Shown piece by piece: positions 40,081 through 52,382 of a DNA stretch of 64,000 bases. The DNA comes from Planctomycetota bacterium. Lineage in GTDB: Bacteria > Planctomycetota > UBA1135 > UBA2386. A program made the position numbers and the translations under genes. The stretch lies in assembly GCA_020851075.1 (NCBI GenBank), contig JADZDL010000020.1, forward strand, positions 10,171 to 74,170, given 5' to 3'. Positions within the stretch are counted from its first letter, which is position 1; each line of letters begins with the position of its first letter. The notes beneath the pieces were generated by a model, which was given only the letters and a program-made list of their open reading frames with translations, was not told where the DNA came from and made no database searches.

Positions 40081-41766
40081 CTATTCGCGCCGCCAGTCGA
40101 TCGGCACCGGCTCGAGCCGATAGTCGTTGCCCACCGACTTCAGCACGCGGAAGAACGCGTGGGAGCCGGGTTCTTCCTGTTCGAAGAACAGGTGCAGCAC
40201 CGTGTCAAAGCCGACCAGGTAGGGCGACGGATCAAAATCGGTGCGGCCGCGGCTCGCGCCGGGCGGCACCATGTCGACCACGAAGGGGGTCACCCCTTCG
40301 TAGCGCAGCATGTCGATCATCGCCGCGATGAGGAACCGCTGCTCGGTGATGAGCGGGAAACGATCCTGCAGGCGGAAGATGTTGTCGAACGCCATGCGCG
40401 CGACGGGCTGTGGTTCGCCATCGGCGTGACCACCCTGGCACAGTCGGATCAGGTCCCACGTGAACTTGCCTGGCGCGATGAACTCGGGGTGCAGGTAGAC
40501 GACGCGGAAGTTGGGCGCGAACTTGCCGTCGGGCAGGAGGCACACCGAACGCAGCACGGGTTCGCGTTGGCAGATGCGACGGATCGCGTCGCGGTCTTCG
40601 CGCGTCGACACGAACAGCACCCGTTCGCCGCGGCGCAGGCCGGCGGCAAGGAAACGCAGGGACAGGAAGGTCGCGCGCGTGCCCGGTTCGGCGAGCAGCA
40701 TCGTCGAACTGCGCAGGGCCGGGCCAGTGTCGTTCAAGAACGCGGCGTTGAGATCCGGATGACCGAGATCGATCGCCGTGTCGCCGCGCGCGGGCACCGT
40801 GAACTGCGCTTCGTCGCGCGCCATCGACAACTGGGCCGCGACCGACGGGTAGATGTGGATGCCGGGACCACGTTCGTTGCGCGCGCCCAGATAGACGTCG
40901 CGCGTGATGCCGCGGCCGGCGATCGAGAAGTGGTGTACGCCGCGGTAGTAGTACTGATGCCGCGCTTTGCTGATCTCGATGGCGCGCGCCTTGAAGTCGG
41001 TCGCTTCTTCGCGGAACGACAGGTGCAGCATGAGGTCGGTCGAGAACTCTTCGGCCGAGGGCAGGCGCAGGTCGCGCGGGTGCGCCTCTTCCATGACGAA
41101 GATGCCGTGAATGCCCGATTCGAGCAGGCGCCGGCGTGTTTCCAGGAGTGCGGCGCGCTTCTCGAAGTACTCGAGGTCGGTGAGCAGCAGGCCCACGTTG
41201 TCGATGACGACCATGCGCACGGGCGCGGCGAGCAGGTGGTTTTCGATCTCGGCGAGGATCCACTCGATATCGACCGTGGTGCCGCGTGCGCTCTTCTGCT
41301 GCAGCGCGGCGGGGCGTGCCTGCGTGAGAATGAGCCGGCTGCGGCCGTGCTTGCCGGCGGCTTCGAGCACGAGTTTGCCGGGCACTTCGCGTGGCTGCGG
41401 CTCGACCTTGGCCCCGAGTCGGAACCAGTCGAAGTCCGCTTCGAGCTTCTTGTGGATGCTCTCGGGGCTGTGTTCGACCGAGTAGTAGAGGAACGTCGAA
41501 CCGTCGTCGGCACTGAGCCAGGCGCGCACGACCATCTCGAGCGCGAGCAGCGTCTTGCCGGTGCCGGGACCGCCGGCGAGGCAGAGGAACACGGCGGCGT
41601 CATCGGGATAGCGGATGCCGCCGGCGAGAATGCCATCGAGGCCGTCGATGCCGGTCTTCAGGGTTGCGAAGGTCACCGCGGGAACGTACCGACCAAACCG
41701 GAAGCTCGCCACGATGGAACTCGCTGCCCGGCTGCGACAAGATGCGTAGGTGCTTCCTGAACCCAC
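40081..41766 (-). CDS. KaiC-like double RecA-fold ATPase (second P-loop degenerate)
   Basis: N-terminal TGIDGLDGILAGGI, Walker A GGPGTGKT, Walker B MVVIDNV. The second domain has AEPGTRAT in place of Walker A. Start uncertain: ATG 41766 overlaps the divergent gene, and GTG 41676 is an alternative. Confidence 0.8.
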   Translation of the reverse strand: MGSGSTYASCRSRAASSIVASFRFGRYVPAVTFATLKTGIDGLDGILAGGIRYPDDAAVFLCLAGGPGTGKTLLALEMVVRAWLSADDGSTFLYYSVEHSPESIHKKLEADFDWFRLGAKVEPQPREVPGKLVLEAAGKHGRSRLILTQARPAALQQKSARGTTVDIEWILAEIENHLLAAPVRMVVIDNVGLLLTDLEYFEKRAALLETRRRLLESGIHGIFVMEEAHPRDLRLPSAEEFSTDLMLHLSFREEATDFKARAIEISKARHQYYYRGVHHFSIAGRGITRDVYLGARNERGPGIHIYPSVAAQLSMARDEAQFTVPARGDTAIDLGHPDLNAAFLNDTGPALRSSTMLLAEPGTRATFLSLRFLAAGLRRGERVLFVSTREDRDAIRRICQREPVLRSVCLLPDGKFAPNFRVVYLHPEFIAPGKFTWDLIRLCQGGHADGEPQPVARMAFDNIFRLQDRFPLITEQRFLIAAMIDMLRYEGVTPFVVDMVPPGASRGRTDFDPSPYLVGFDTVLHLFFEQEEPGSHAFFRVLKSVGNDYRLEPVPIDWRRE

Positions 41767-42379
41767 TGACTTCTGCCGCCTGTGGCTGTTCCGTCATCCA
41801 GAACTCGAGGCCGGTCAGGCCGACCGGGCGATCGGTGCCGGGCCCGCGGACCTGAGCCGGCGTGGCCGGGCCCAGGTGCTGCGCTGGCTCGAACTCATGA
41901 AACCCGTTTCGCTCGGCGCCGTGCATTGCAGCCCGCAGCCGCAGTGCCACGGCCCGGCGCGGGCGCTGGCCGAATCGCAGCAGCAGGAGGCGATCGCCGA
42001 CCCGCGGTTGCGCGACCAGGAAATGGGCCGCTGGCAAGGCCGCACCTGGGTCGACATCATGCGCGACGAAGATGGGCCCGTGCGCACGTTCTTCTCGGAG
42101 TTTGGCGAGTCGAAGGCGCCGGGCGGCGAGAGCCTCGGCGACGCCGTCGAGCGCATGCTGCACTGGTGGGCCGAACTGCGCCCCGTCGTGCTCGGCAAGT
42201 CCGTGGCCGTCGTGTTGTCCGGATCGCTGCTGACGGGGTTTGGGGCGGCGATGCTCGGCATGCGGCTATCGCGCTGCGTGTCGTTGCAGCTGCCGCACGG
42301 CGGCATGGGGGCGCTCGATGTCTACCAGAACGCGGTGCGCATCGGCTGCTGGAATCCGGGCGGCGTCGATCCGGACTAG
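41750..42379 (+). CDS. histidine phosphatase superfamily protein (PGM/CobC-like)
   Basis: Motifs LWLFRHPE (RHG-type), RLRDQEMGRWQGRTW, APGGESLGDAVERM. The expected second His motif reads VVLSGSLL. Confidence 0.65.
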   Translation: MLPEPTDFCRLWLFRHPELEAGQADRAIGAGPADLSRRGRAQVLRWLELMKPVSLGAVHCSPQPQCHGPARALAESQQQEAIADPRLRDQEMGRWQGRTWVDIMRDEDGPVRTFFSEFGESKAPGGESLGDAVERMLHWWAELRPVVLGKSVAVVLSGSLLTGFGAAMLGMRLSRCVSLQLPHGGMGALDVYQNAVRIGCWNPGGVDPD

Positions 42380-42420
42380 CCCTGGGGGGGGAACTGGCCC
42401 GCAGGTCGGGCGCCGTTGGG

Positions 42421-42990
42421 CTAGCGACCCGATTGCAGGGCGAGGGCGAGGTCGCGCACGAAGCGCGCCGTGAGCCCCCAGAGCAGTTCGCCGTCGAAGT
42501 CGAAGTGTGGACTGCTGCGCGGTTGGCGGCCGGTCGCCGTCGATGGTGGTTGCCGTTCCTGCCAACGGGATGCATCGAGCAGGTCCCGCAGCGGAATCTG
42601 CAGCACGCGGGCCACTTCGCGCGGGTCGGTCTGCAGGGGCAAGGCCGGAATGCGCCCGACGAGGCAGTGCACGAGGATGCCCGACGAACTCTCGCGCGGC
42701 GGCAGGCTGCCGAACACCTGCACCGTGCTCGCCGGGATGCCGATTTCCTCTTCGCATTCGCGCAGCGCGCAGTCGATCGGGCTTTCGTCGCCTTCGCGCA
42801 TGCCTCCCGGGAAGCCGATCTGGCCCTGGTGTTGGCGCAGGCTGGTGGAGCGCACGACGAAGACGAGGTGGTCCTCTGCGGCGAGAACCTGCAGGGGGCA
42901 CAAGACGGCGGCGTGGCGCAGCGCGGTTGGTTGCCACGGCCCTTCGGGGGCCTGCAGCTGCTGGCGAAGGACTACTTCGAGCGGGTCCAC
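42421..42990 (-). CDS. NUDIX hydrolase, CoA pyrophosphatase-like
   Basis: 189 aa from GTG 42990. NUDIX box GFPGGMREGDESPIDCALRECEEEIG preceded by LRQHQGQIGFPGG. Confidence 0.8.
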   Translation of the reverse strand: MDPLEVVLRQQLQAPEGPWQPTALRHAAVLCPLQVLAAEDHLVFVVRSTSLRQHQGQIGFPGGMREGDESPIDCALRECEEEIGIPASTVQVFGSLPPRESSSGILVHCLVGRIPALPLQTDPREVARVLQIPLRDLLDASRWQERQPPSTATGRQPRSSPHFDFDGELLWGLTARFVRDLALALQSGR

Positions 42991-43006
42991 AAGCAGAGCA
43001 GGTGCC

Positions 43007-44181
43007 TCAGCGCACCTGCAGGACGGCGACCTTGAGATACCGCGTCTCGGGGCACTCGATCGCGACAGGATGGTCGGCGCCGGCGCCGCGCACGTAGAGC
43101 ACGCGCGCATCGCGCCGGGCTGCGGCGGCGGCGTCGCGCAGCATGCGCAGGAAGCTGTCCTCGGACACACTGCCCGAGCACGAACAGGTGACGACGAGGC
43201 CACCGCGATCGACCTTCTGGAAGGCGAGGCGGTTGAGGTCGGCGTACCGCTGCAGGCCCTCTTCGAGCTCCTCTTTGTGGTGCACCCACTTTGGCGGATC
43301 GAGCACGATGAGGTCGTGCGCACCTGGTTCGGCATCGCGCAGCAGATCAAACGCGTCACCGTGGATCGCCTGCAGGCGCAGTTTGTTGGCCGACGCGTTG
43401 TGCTGCGTCTGCGCGACCATCGCTTCGTCGAGGTCCGCGGCGGTGACCTTGGCGGCCCCGCCGAGCACGGCGTTCATCGCAAAACCGCCGCTGTTGCAGC
43501 AGAGGTCGAGCACCGAGCGGCCCTTGCTGAGCTGGCGCACGAGCCAGCGATTGTCGCGCTGGTCGGCGAAGAACCCCGTCTTGTGGCCGGTGCCTGCTTC
43601 GACGGCATAGGTTAGGCCGTGTTCGCGCACCGTCGTGCGCACTGCCGGTGGGCGCGGCAGTTTCTCCATGCCCTCGCGTTCGGCCCAGTCCTTGTCCTGC
43701 AGCAGCACGAGCTTGCTGCCGGGATACTTCTGCAGCAGCCATTCGCCGAGTGGTTCGAGCTGGTTCAGCATGCCGAGCGAAGCCACCTGGGCCACGAACG
43801 CGGTGCCGAGTTTGTCGAGCACGAGGCCCGGGAAACCATCGGCTTCGGCGTGCACGATGCGGTACGCGTCGGTGACCTTGGGCAGCGCGAGCAGGTCTTC
43901 GCGCAGCGCGACGGCCGTGCGCAGTGCTTCGAGGAAGTGGCTCGGTACGTCGGTGATGGCACCGTCGTGGAACATGCGCAGCGCGAGTTCGGCGCGCGGA
44001 TTGTAGAAGCCCGTGCCGACGAGGTTGCCCTCGCGGTCGCGCACCTTGGCCGGCGTGCCGGCTGGCAGCGGCTTCTCGGGCTTCTGGATCATCTTGCGAT
44101 AGAACCAGGGATGGCGACCGTGGACGCGGATCTTGAGCCGCAGTTCGGGCAACTTGCTGGCAGGCTGGTTGGTGGGGCGGC

Positions 44182-44185
<4 letters not shown>
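43007..44185 (-). CDS. rlmI: SAM-dependent rRNA (cytosine-C5) methyltransferase, RlmI-like (PUA + MTase)
   Basis: 392 aa with KTGFFADQRDNR, VLDLCCNSGGF, LIVLDPP and VTCSCS. ATGA overlap with the tricorn stop. Confidence 0.8.
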
Positions 44186-47460
<3,275 letters not shown>

Positions 47461-47702
47461 TGGGCGAGCACTCAACGGCGTTTGCCACTCCAGCGCAAGC
47501 CTGCTGTGCGACCCATTGCGCAGCACGGAAACGGGAACCCGCCATGCCATGAGGGAACTTCGCAGTGGCCAAAGAACGTCTACCCAACGTGGATCGTTGC
47601 GCTAGGCTTTCTGTGCCCCGTGCCGCGATTCGAGGGGGCGACGTAGCCTCGCTGCGCCGCCGCCCCTCTGGTTGCACTCGCCTGCCCCTGTCCTCTAGGA
47701 AC

Positions 47703-49937
47703 ATGAAACGACTCTCCCTGCTCATGCTGGTGCCTGCGGTTGCAGGCAGCTTGCTCGCTCAGTCCAACACGGTCCCCGGCCTCGACGGCCGCCTCGAGAT
47801 CCTCGACAACATCACCTACTGGGGCCGTCGCGGCACCGCCTATCCCGGCGGTGAAGTCGGTCTGTCGATGCGCAACACGATGTGCAACCCGGGCTCGGTG
47901 AGCATTCCGTGGTTTGCACAGATGCAGGAGAACCACCCGAAGTTCGGCTTCATGATCACGCGGTTGTTGAACGGCCGCATGGAGCAGATCAGCGATCGCT
48001 CCTACTGCAAGCACGCGTTCACGTCGGCGAGCACGAGCGGCGCCTGCGGCCCTTGCAACGGCATCGGCGGCAACATGATGGGGGTGACCTGCTCGGACAC
48101 CTACAGCGCCGGCAACAACGCGAGCCGCGGCAACCTCGGCCCGGCCGATGAAATCGATCCGTGGCTTGGCACCTGGAACCACATTGGTTCGTACTTCGAC
48201 CAGGGGGATCCCAACGTCGGTGCGCCTGGCAACCTCGATGGCAACCAGAGCCCGATCAACGTCGGCAGCGACGATGTCAAGAACCGCGTCACCGTGAAGG
48301 AATCGGACCTGCAGGTCCCCGGTGCCACGTACTACTACGGCATCCACCTCATCCACGAAGGCGAAGCCGTGGCCAACCGCGCGGACAATCTGAAGTCGCG
48401 CGGCATGACGGCGACCTGGACCGGCAGCAGCTGGAACGTCAGCAACAGCGGCGTTGGCGAAGTGTTCGGCTCGATCCTGCAGCACTGGACGGGTTCGTCG
48501 CTGAACTCGGGCAGCAATGGCACGGCCGACGGTCGCTTCTTCGTCGCCGTGAAGACGACGCCCCTGGGCGGCGGCCAGTACCACTACGAGTACGCGGTCC
48601 ACAACGTCGACAACAACCGCGGTGGCGCCACCCTCCGGGTGCCCGTCGACCCGGCCGCCGTCGTCACGAACTACTCGTTCCGCGACATCGACAACAACGC
48701 GCTCAATAACTGGGTCGGCGCTCGCCAGGGCAATGAAGTCGTGTTCACGGCGCAGGCCGGCAACGCGCTGAACTGGAACACGATCTACAACTTCGGCTTC
48801 GACTGCAATATCGCCCCGGGTGCCGGCGCGGTGTTCCTCGACGAAGCGCGCATCGGCCCGGGCGCCCTGCAGGTGACGGTCGTGAGCGAAGTGCCAGGCG
48901 GTGTGCCGGTGGCTTCGGTCACCAGCATCGGCACCGGCTGCGGTGGCGTGGTCTGCAACGACAACTCGTTCTACGAAGTGTTCGCCACGGCGGGTGCCTT
49001 CGACCTCGCCAACAGCGGCCTCTCGATGGTGCTCAACGGCAACACCTACCAGGTCGGCAACGGCACGGGTACCTACGTGGCGCCGACGGGCAGCAGCACG
49101 AACCTCAACCTCGGCGACGACAGCTCGACGTCGATCACCCTGCCGTTCGCGATGCCGATCCTCGGCGGCACGACGACCACGCTGCACGTCTGCTCGAACG
49201 GCTTCATCTCGCCCGCTGGCAATGGTTCGTCCTACCAGCCGAGTTCCGCCGCGATGCTGTCGGGTTCGTACTGCTGGTACGGCGCCTGGATGGACCTCAA
49301 CCCCGCCGCCAGCGGCAGCGGTGACGTGGTGGTCGATAGCTCGCCCACGATGGTGCGCGTGACGTGGGATGGTGTCTACCGGTATGGCACCTCCAACCCG
49401 GTGACGTTCCAGATGCAGTTCTTCCCGAACGGCAACGTGAACGTGATCTGGCAGGCCGTGAGCGCCCAGAACAACACGCTGGTTGGCTGGACGATCGGCG
49501 GTGGCGCCACGAACCCGGGCAACCGCGACATCTCGGCCACGCGCGGCGCTGGCTGGACCGTCTGTGGTGGTGGCGTGCCGAATCTCGAGCTCAGCAGCGC
49601 GACCCGGCCCGTGCTCGGCACGACCGTGAACCTGCAGACCACCAACATCCCCGCCGGCACGGCCTTTGGCGCCGTGTTGCTGTCGCTGCAGCAGTCGATC
49701 CCGCCGCAGGACCTGACGAGCTTCGGCATGCCGGGCTGCTTTGGGTACGTCGTGAACGGCCTCACGCACCTGTTCGTAGCACCGGGCACGTCGAGCACGC
49801 AGCCGTTCTCGATCCCGAACGATCCGGGCCTATCGGGCCTGCAGATCATCGGCCAGTCGTTCAGCTACAGCCCGCCGCTGACGCCCGTCGGCGCGATCTC
49901 GTCGAACGGCCTGATCCTGCTGATCGGGCAGGTCTGA
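47703..49937 (+). CDS. secreted protein: unknown Cys-containing N-domain + NIDO-like domain + shared C-terminal module (paralog A)
   Basis: 744 aa from ATG 47703. Signal peptide MKRLSLLMLVPAVAGSLLAQS. NIDO-like stretch ITLPFAMPILGGTTTTLHVCSNGFISP...VRVTWDGVYRYGTSNPVTFQMQFFPNGNVNVIW. C-terminus ...FGMPGC...SIPNDPGLSGL..GQSF...LLIGQV. Confidence 0.75.
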   Translation: MKRLSLLMLVPAVAGSLLAQSNTVPGLDGRLEILDNITYWGRRGTAYPGGEVGLSMRNTMCNPGSVSIPWFAQMQENHPKFGFMITRLLNGRMEQISDRSYCKHAFTSASTSGACGPCNGIGGNMMGVTCSDTYSAGNNASRGNLGPADEIDPWLGTWNHIGSYFDQGDPNVGAPGNLDGNQSPINVGSDDVKNRVTVKESDLQVPGATYYYGIHLIHEGEAVANRADNLKSRGMTATWTGSSWNVSNSGVGEVFGSILQHWTGSSLNSGSNGTADGRFFVAVKTTPLGGGQYHYEYAVHNVDNNRGGATLRVPVDPAAVVTNYSFRDIDNNALNNWVGARQGNEVVFTAQAGNALNWNTIYNFGFDCNIAPGAGAVFLDEARIGPGALQVTVVSEVPGGVPVASVTSIGTGCGGVVCNDNSFYEVFATAGAFDLANSGLSMVLNGNTYQVGNGTGTYVAPTGSSTNLNLGDDSSTSITLPFAMPILGGTTTTLHVCSNGFISPAGNGSSYQPSSAAMLSGSYCWYGAWMDLNPAASGSGDVVVDSSPTMVRVTWDGVYRYGTSNPVTFQMQFFPNGNVNVIWQAVSAQNNTLVGWTIGGGATNPGNRDISATRGAGWTVCGGGVPNLELSSATRPVLGTTVNLQTTNIPAGTAFGAVLLSLQQSIPPQDLTSFGMPGCFGYVVNGLTHLFVAPGTSSTQPFSIPNDPGLSGLQIIGQSFSYSPPLTPVGAISSNGLILLIGQV

Positions 49938-49992
49938 TCTGTCCGGTCCAATCGGGCCGACCTGATCGGGGCGTTCGCACGCCGCGATCCCA

Positions 49993-50033
49993 CCGCGACC
50001 CGGGTCCCTGCCAAACATGGGCCCGGGTCGCGG
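49993..50033 (+). terminator. GC-rich hairpin downstream of paralog A (candidate intrinsic terminator, no U-tract)
   Basis: ccgcgacccggg (49993-50004) pairs with cccgggtcgcgg (50022-50033). Three further C:G pairs follow after a 1-nt bulge, leaving a 10-nt loop. The hairpin starts 56 nt after the stop. Confidence 0.4.
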
Positions 50034-50135
50034 CATGTACCGTGACGAGGGCCCTTTCGTTTTGGAGCGACCTTGTTAGGCTCGCCCTACCGCCCTGTTC
50101 CCGCACAGCCTCGTGTCGGATGGGTGGCCTCACCT

Positions 50136-52352
50136 ATGAAGAACGCTTCGCTGCTCGCCATCGTACCGCTGCTCGCCGGATCCCTGCTTGCCCAAGCCAA
50201 CACGGTGCCCGGCCTCGACGGCCGGCTCGACCTCGTCGACAACCTCGACTACTACGGTCGCCGCGGCGCCGCCTACCCAAACGGGGAAGCCGGCATGGCC
50301 ATGCTCAATGAGATGTGCAACCCGGGGACCGTCGTGATCCCCTGGCAGGCTGCCATGCAGCCCAATCACCCGAAGTTCGGGTTCCTCATCGTGCGCGAGT
50401 CCAACGGGCGCATGGAGCAGATCAGCGATCGCAGCTACTGCAAGCACGCGTTCACCTCGACGAACTACTCGGGTCCTTGCGGCACCTGCCAGAACCCTGG
50501 CACCGGTTCCGTGATGGGCATTCACTGCGCCGATACCTACGGTTCGGGCAACAACGCCGACCGCAACTGGCTTGGACCGGCCGACGAGATCGACCCGTGG
50601 CTCGGCACCTGGAATCCCATCGGCAGCTACTTCGATCAGGGGGACCCCAATGTCGGCGCCCCCAACAACAGCGACGGCGTGCGCAGCCCGTCCTACAACG
50701 GCCCGGACGACGTGAAGAACCGCGTCACCGTGAAGGAGACGGACCTCATCACGCCCGGCGCCAACTACTTCTACGGCATCCACCTGTTGCACCAGGGGGA
50801 AGCGCTCGCCAACCGCGGCTACAACCTCGCTTCGCGCGGCTTCAGCCCAAGCTGGAACGGCTCGTCGTGGTCGTTCGGCAACAACAGCGTCGGCATGGTC
50901 TGGGGTTCGATCCTGCAGCACTGGCAGGGCGCGACGCTGGATTCCGGCAGCAACGGCAACGATGACGGGCGCTTCTTCGTCGCCTGCAAGGTGACGCCGC
51001 TCGGTGGTGGCCAGTTCCACTACGAGTACGCGGTCCACAACGTCGACAACAGCCGCGGTGGCGCCACCTTCCGGGTGCCCGTCGATCCGGCTGCCGTGGT
51101 CGCGAACTACTCGTTCCGCGATATCGACAACAACGCGCTGAACAACTGGATCGGCGCGCGCCAGGGCAACGAGGTCGTCTTCACGGCGCCGGTCAGCAAC
51201 CCGCTCAACTGGAACACGATCTACAATTTCGGCTTCGACTGCAATATCGCCCCAGGTGGCGGCGGCGTGGTGCTCGACGAAGCGCGCCTTGGTGCAGGTG
51301 CCCTCAGTGTCACCGTGTTGAGCCAGATTCCCGGCGGTGTGCCGGTGGCGCAGGTGACTTCGGTTGGTACGCCGTGCGCATCCTGCGCGAGTTCGTTCTA
51401 CGAGTCGTGGAATGGCGGTTTCGACCTGGCCAACAGCTCGATGACGCTGTCGTTCGCTGGTGGCGCCTACACGGCCGGTCCCGGCACGAGTGCGTTCGTG
51501 GCGCCGACGGGCACCTCGCTCGCACTCTCTGACGACTCGGAAGCCACGGTGAACCTGCCGTTCTCGCTGGCCTACCCGGGTGGCACGACGACGCAGCTGC
51601 ACGTTTGCTCGAATGGGTTCCTCTCGCCGGCCGCCAGCAATGGCACGACGTTTGACCCGTCGATCGCGGGCCTGCTCGGTGGCGCGCCGCGTTGGGCCGC
51701 ATTGTGGCACGACCTGAACCCGGGTGCCGGTGGCGCGGTGCGGTTCGATTCGACGCCGACGATGGTGCGCATCACGTGGGTCGCGGTGCCCAACTACGGT
51801 GGTTCGCTGCCAAACACGTTCCAGGTGCAGTTCGAAGCCAACGGCTCGGTGCACATGATCTGGCAGGCGCTCGATGTTGGTGGCAACGGCCACCTGGTCG
51901 GCTGGAGCCGCGGCGGCAACGCTTCGGATCCGGGCAACCGCGACATCTCCGCAACGTTGCCGCAAGGCTGGTCACTCTGCGCGAACGACTTCCAGGGCAT
52001 CTCGCTCAGCGCCTCGGCGCGGCCCGTCGTCGGCACGACGCTGAGTCTCGACACGACCAACCTGCCTGCCGGCAGCTTGTTTGCGGCCCTGCTGCTGTCG
52101 CCGGTGCAGTTCACGCCCGCGATCGATTTGACGAGCCAGGGCATGCCCGGTTGCTTCCAGCACGGCGGCGCTGATGCCGTGCACCTCATGCTCGCGCCGG
52201 GGGCGGTGTTCTCGCAGCCGTTGTCGATCCCGAACAGCGTGGCGTTCAGCGGGGTCACGATCGTCGGTCAGTCCTACAGCTACAGCCCGCCGCTCACGCC
52301 CGCTGGTGTGATTGCTTCGAACGCGCTGCTGCTGCTGATCGGCCAGATCTAG
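50136..52352 (+). CDS. secreted protein, tandem paralog B of 47703..49937
   Basis: 738 aa from ATG 50136. Long runs identical to paralog A (NTVPGLDGRL, GRMEQISDRSYCKHAFTS, GPADEIDPWLGTWN, YEYAVHNVDN, LNWNTIYNFGFDCNIAPG) and the same C-terminus (...LLIGQI). Confidence 0.75.
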   Translation: MKNASLLAIVPLLAGSLLAQANTVPGLDGRLDLVDNLDYYGRRGAAYPNGEAGMAMLNEMCNPGTVVIPWQAAMQPNHPKFGFLIVRESNGRMEQISDRSYCKHAFTSTNYSGPCGTCQNPGTGSVMGIHCADTYGSGNNADRNWLGPADEIDPWLGTWNPIGSYFDQGDPNVGAPNNSDGVRSPSYNGPDDVKNRVTVKETDLITPGANYFYGIHLLHQGEALANRGYNLASRGFSPSWNGSSWSFGNNSVGMVWGSILQHWQGATLDSGSNGNDDGRFFVACKVTPLGGGQFHYEYAVHNVDNSRGGATFRVPVDPAAVVANYSFRDIDNNALNNWIGARQGNEVVFTAPVSNPLNWNTIYNFGFDCNIAPGGGGVVLDEARLGAGALSVTVLSQIPGGVPVAQVTSVGTPCASCASSFYESWNGGFDLANSSMTLSFAGGAYTAGPGTSAFVAPTGTSLALSDDSEATVNLPFSLAYPGGTTTQLHVCSNGFLSPAASNGTTFDPSIAGLLGGAPRWAALWHDLNPGAGGAVRFDSTPTMVRITWVAVPNYGGSLPNTFQVQFEANGSVHMIWQALDVGGNGHLVGWSRGGNASDPGNRDISATLPQGWSLCANDFQGISLSASARPVVGTTLSLDTTNLPAGSLFAALLLSPVQFTPAIDLTSQGMPGCFQHGGADAVHLMLAPGAVFSQPLSIPNSVAFSGVTIVGQSYSYSPPLTPAGVIASNALLLLIGQI

Positions 52353-52358
52353 CTGGCC

Positions 52359-52382
52359 TGCTCGCGACTTACTGCGCGAGCA
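52359..52382. terminator. short hairpin between convergent genes (weak bidirectional terminator candidate)
   Basis: tgctcgcg (52359-66) pairs with cgcgagca (52375-82), 8-nt loop. It overlaps the rsmE stop codon. Confidence 0.25.
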
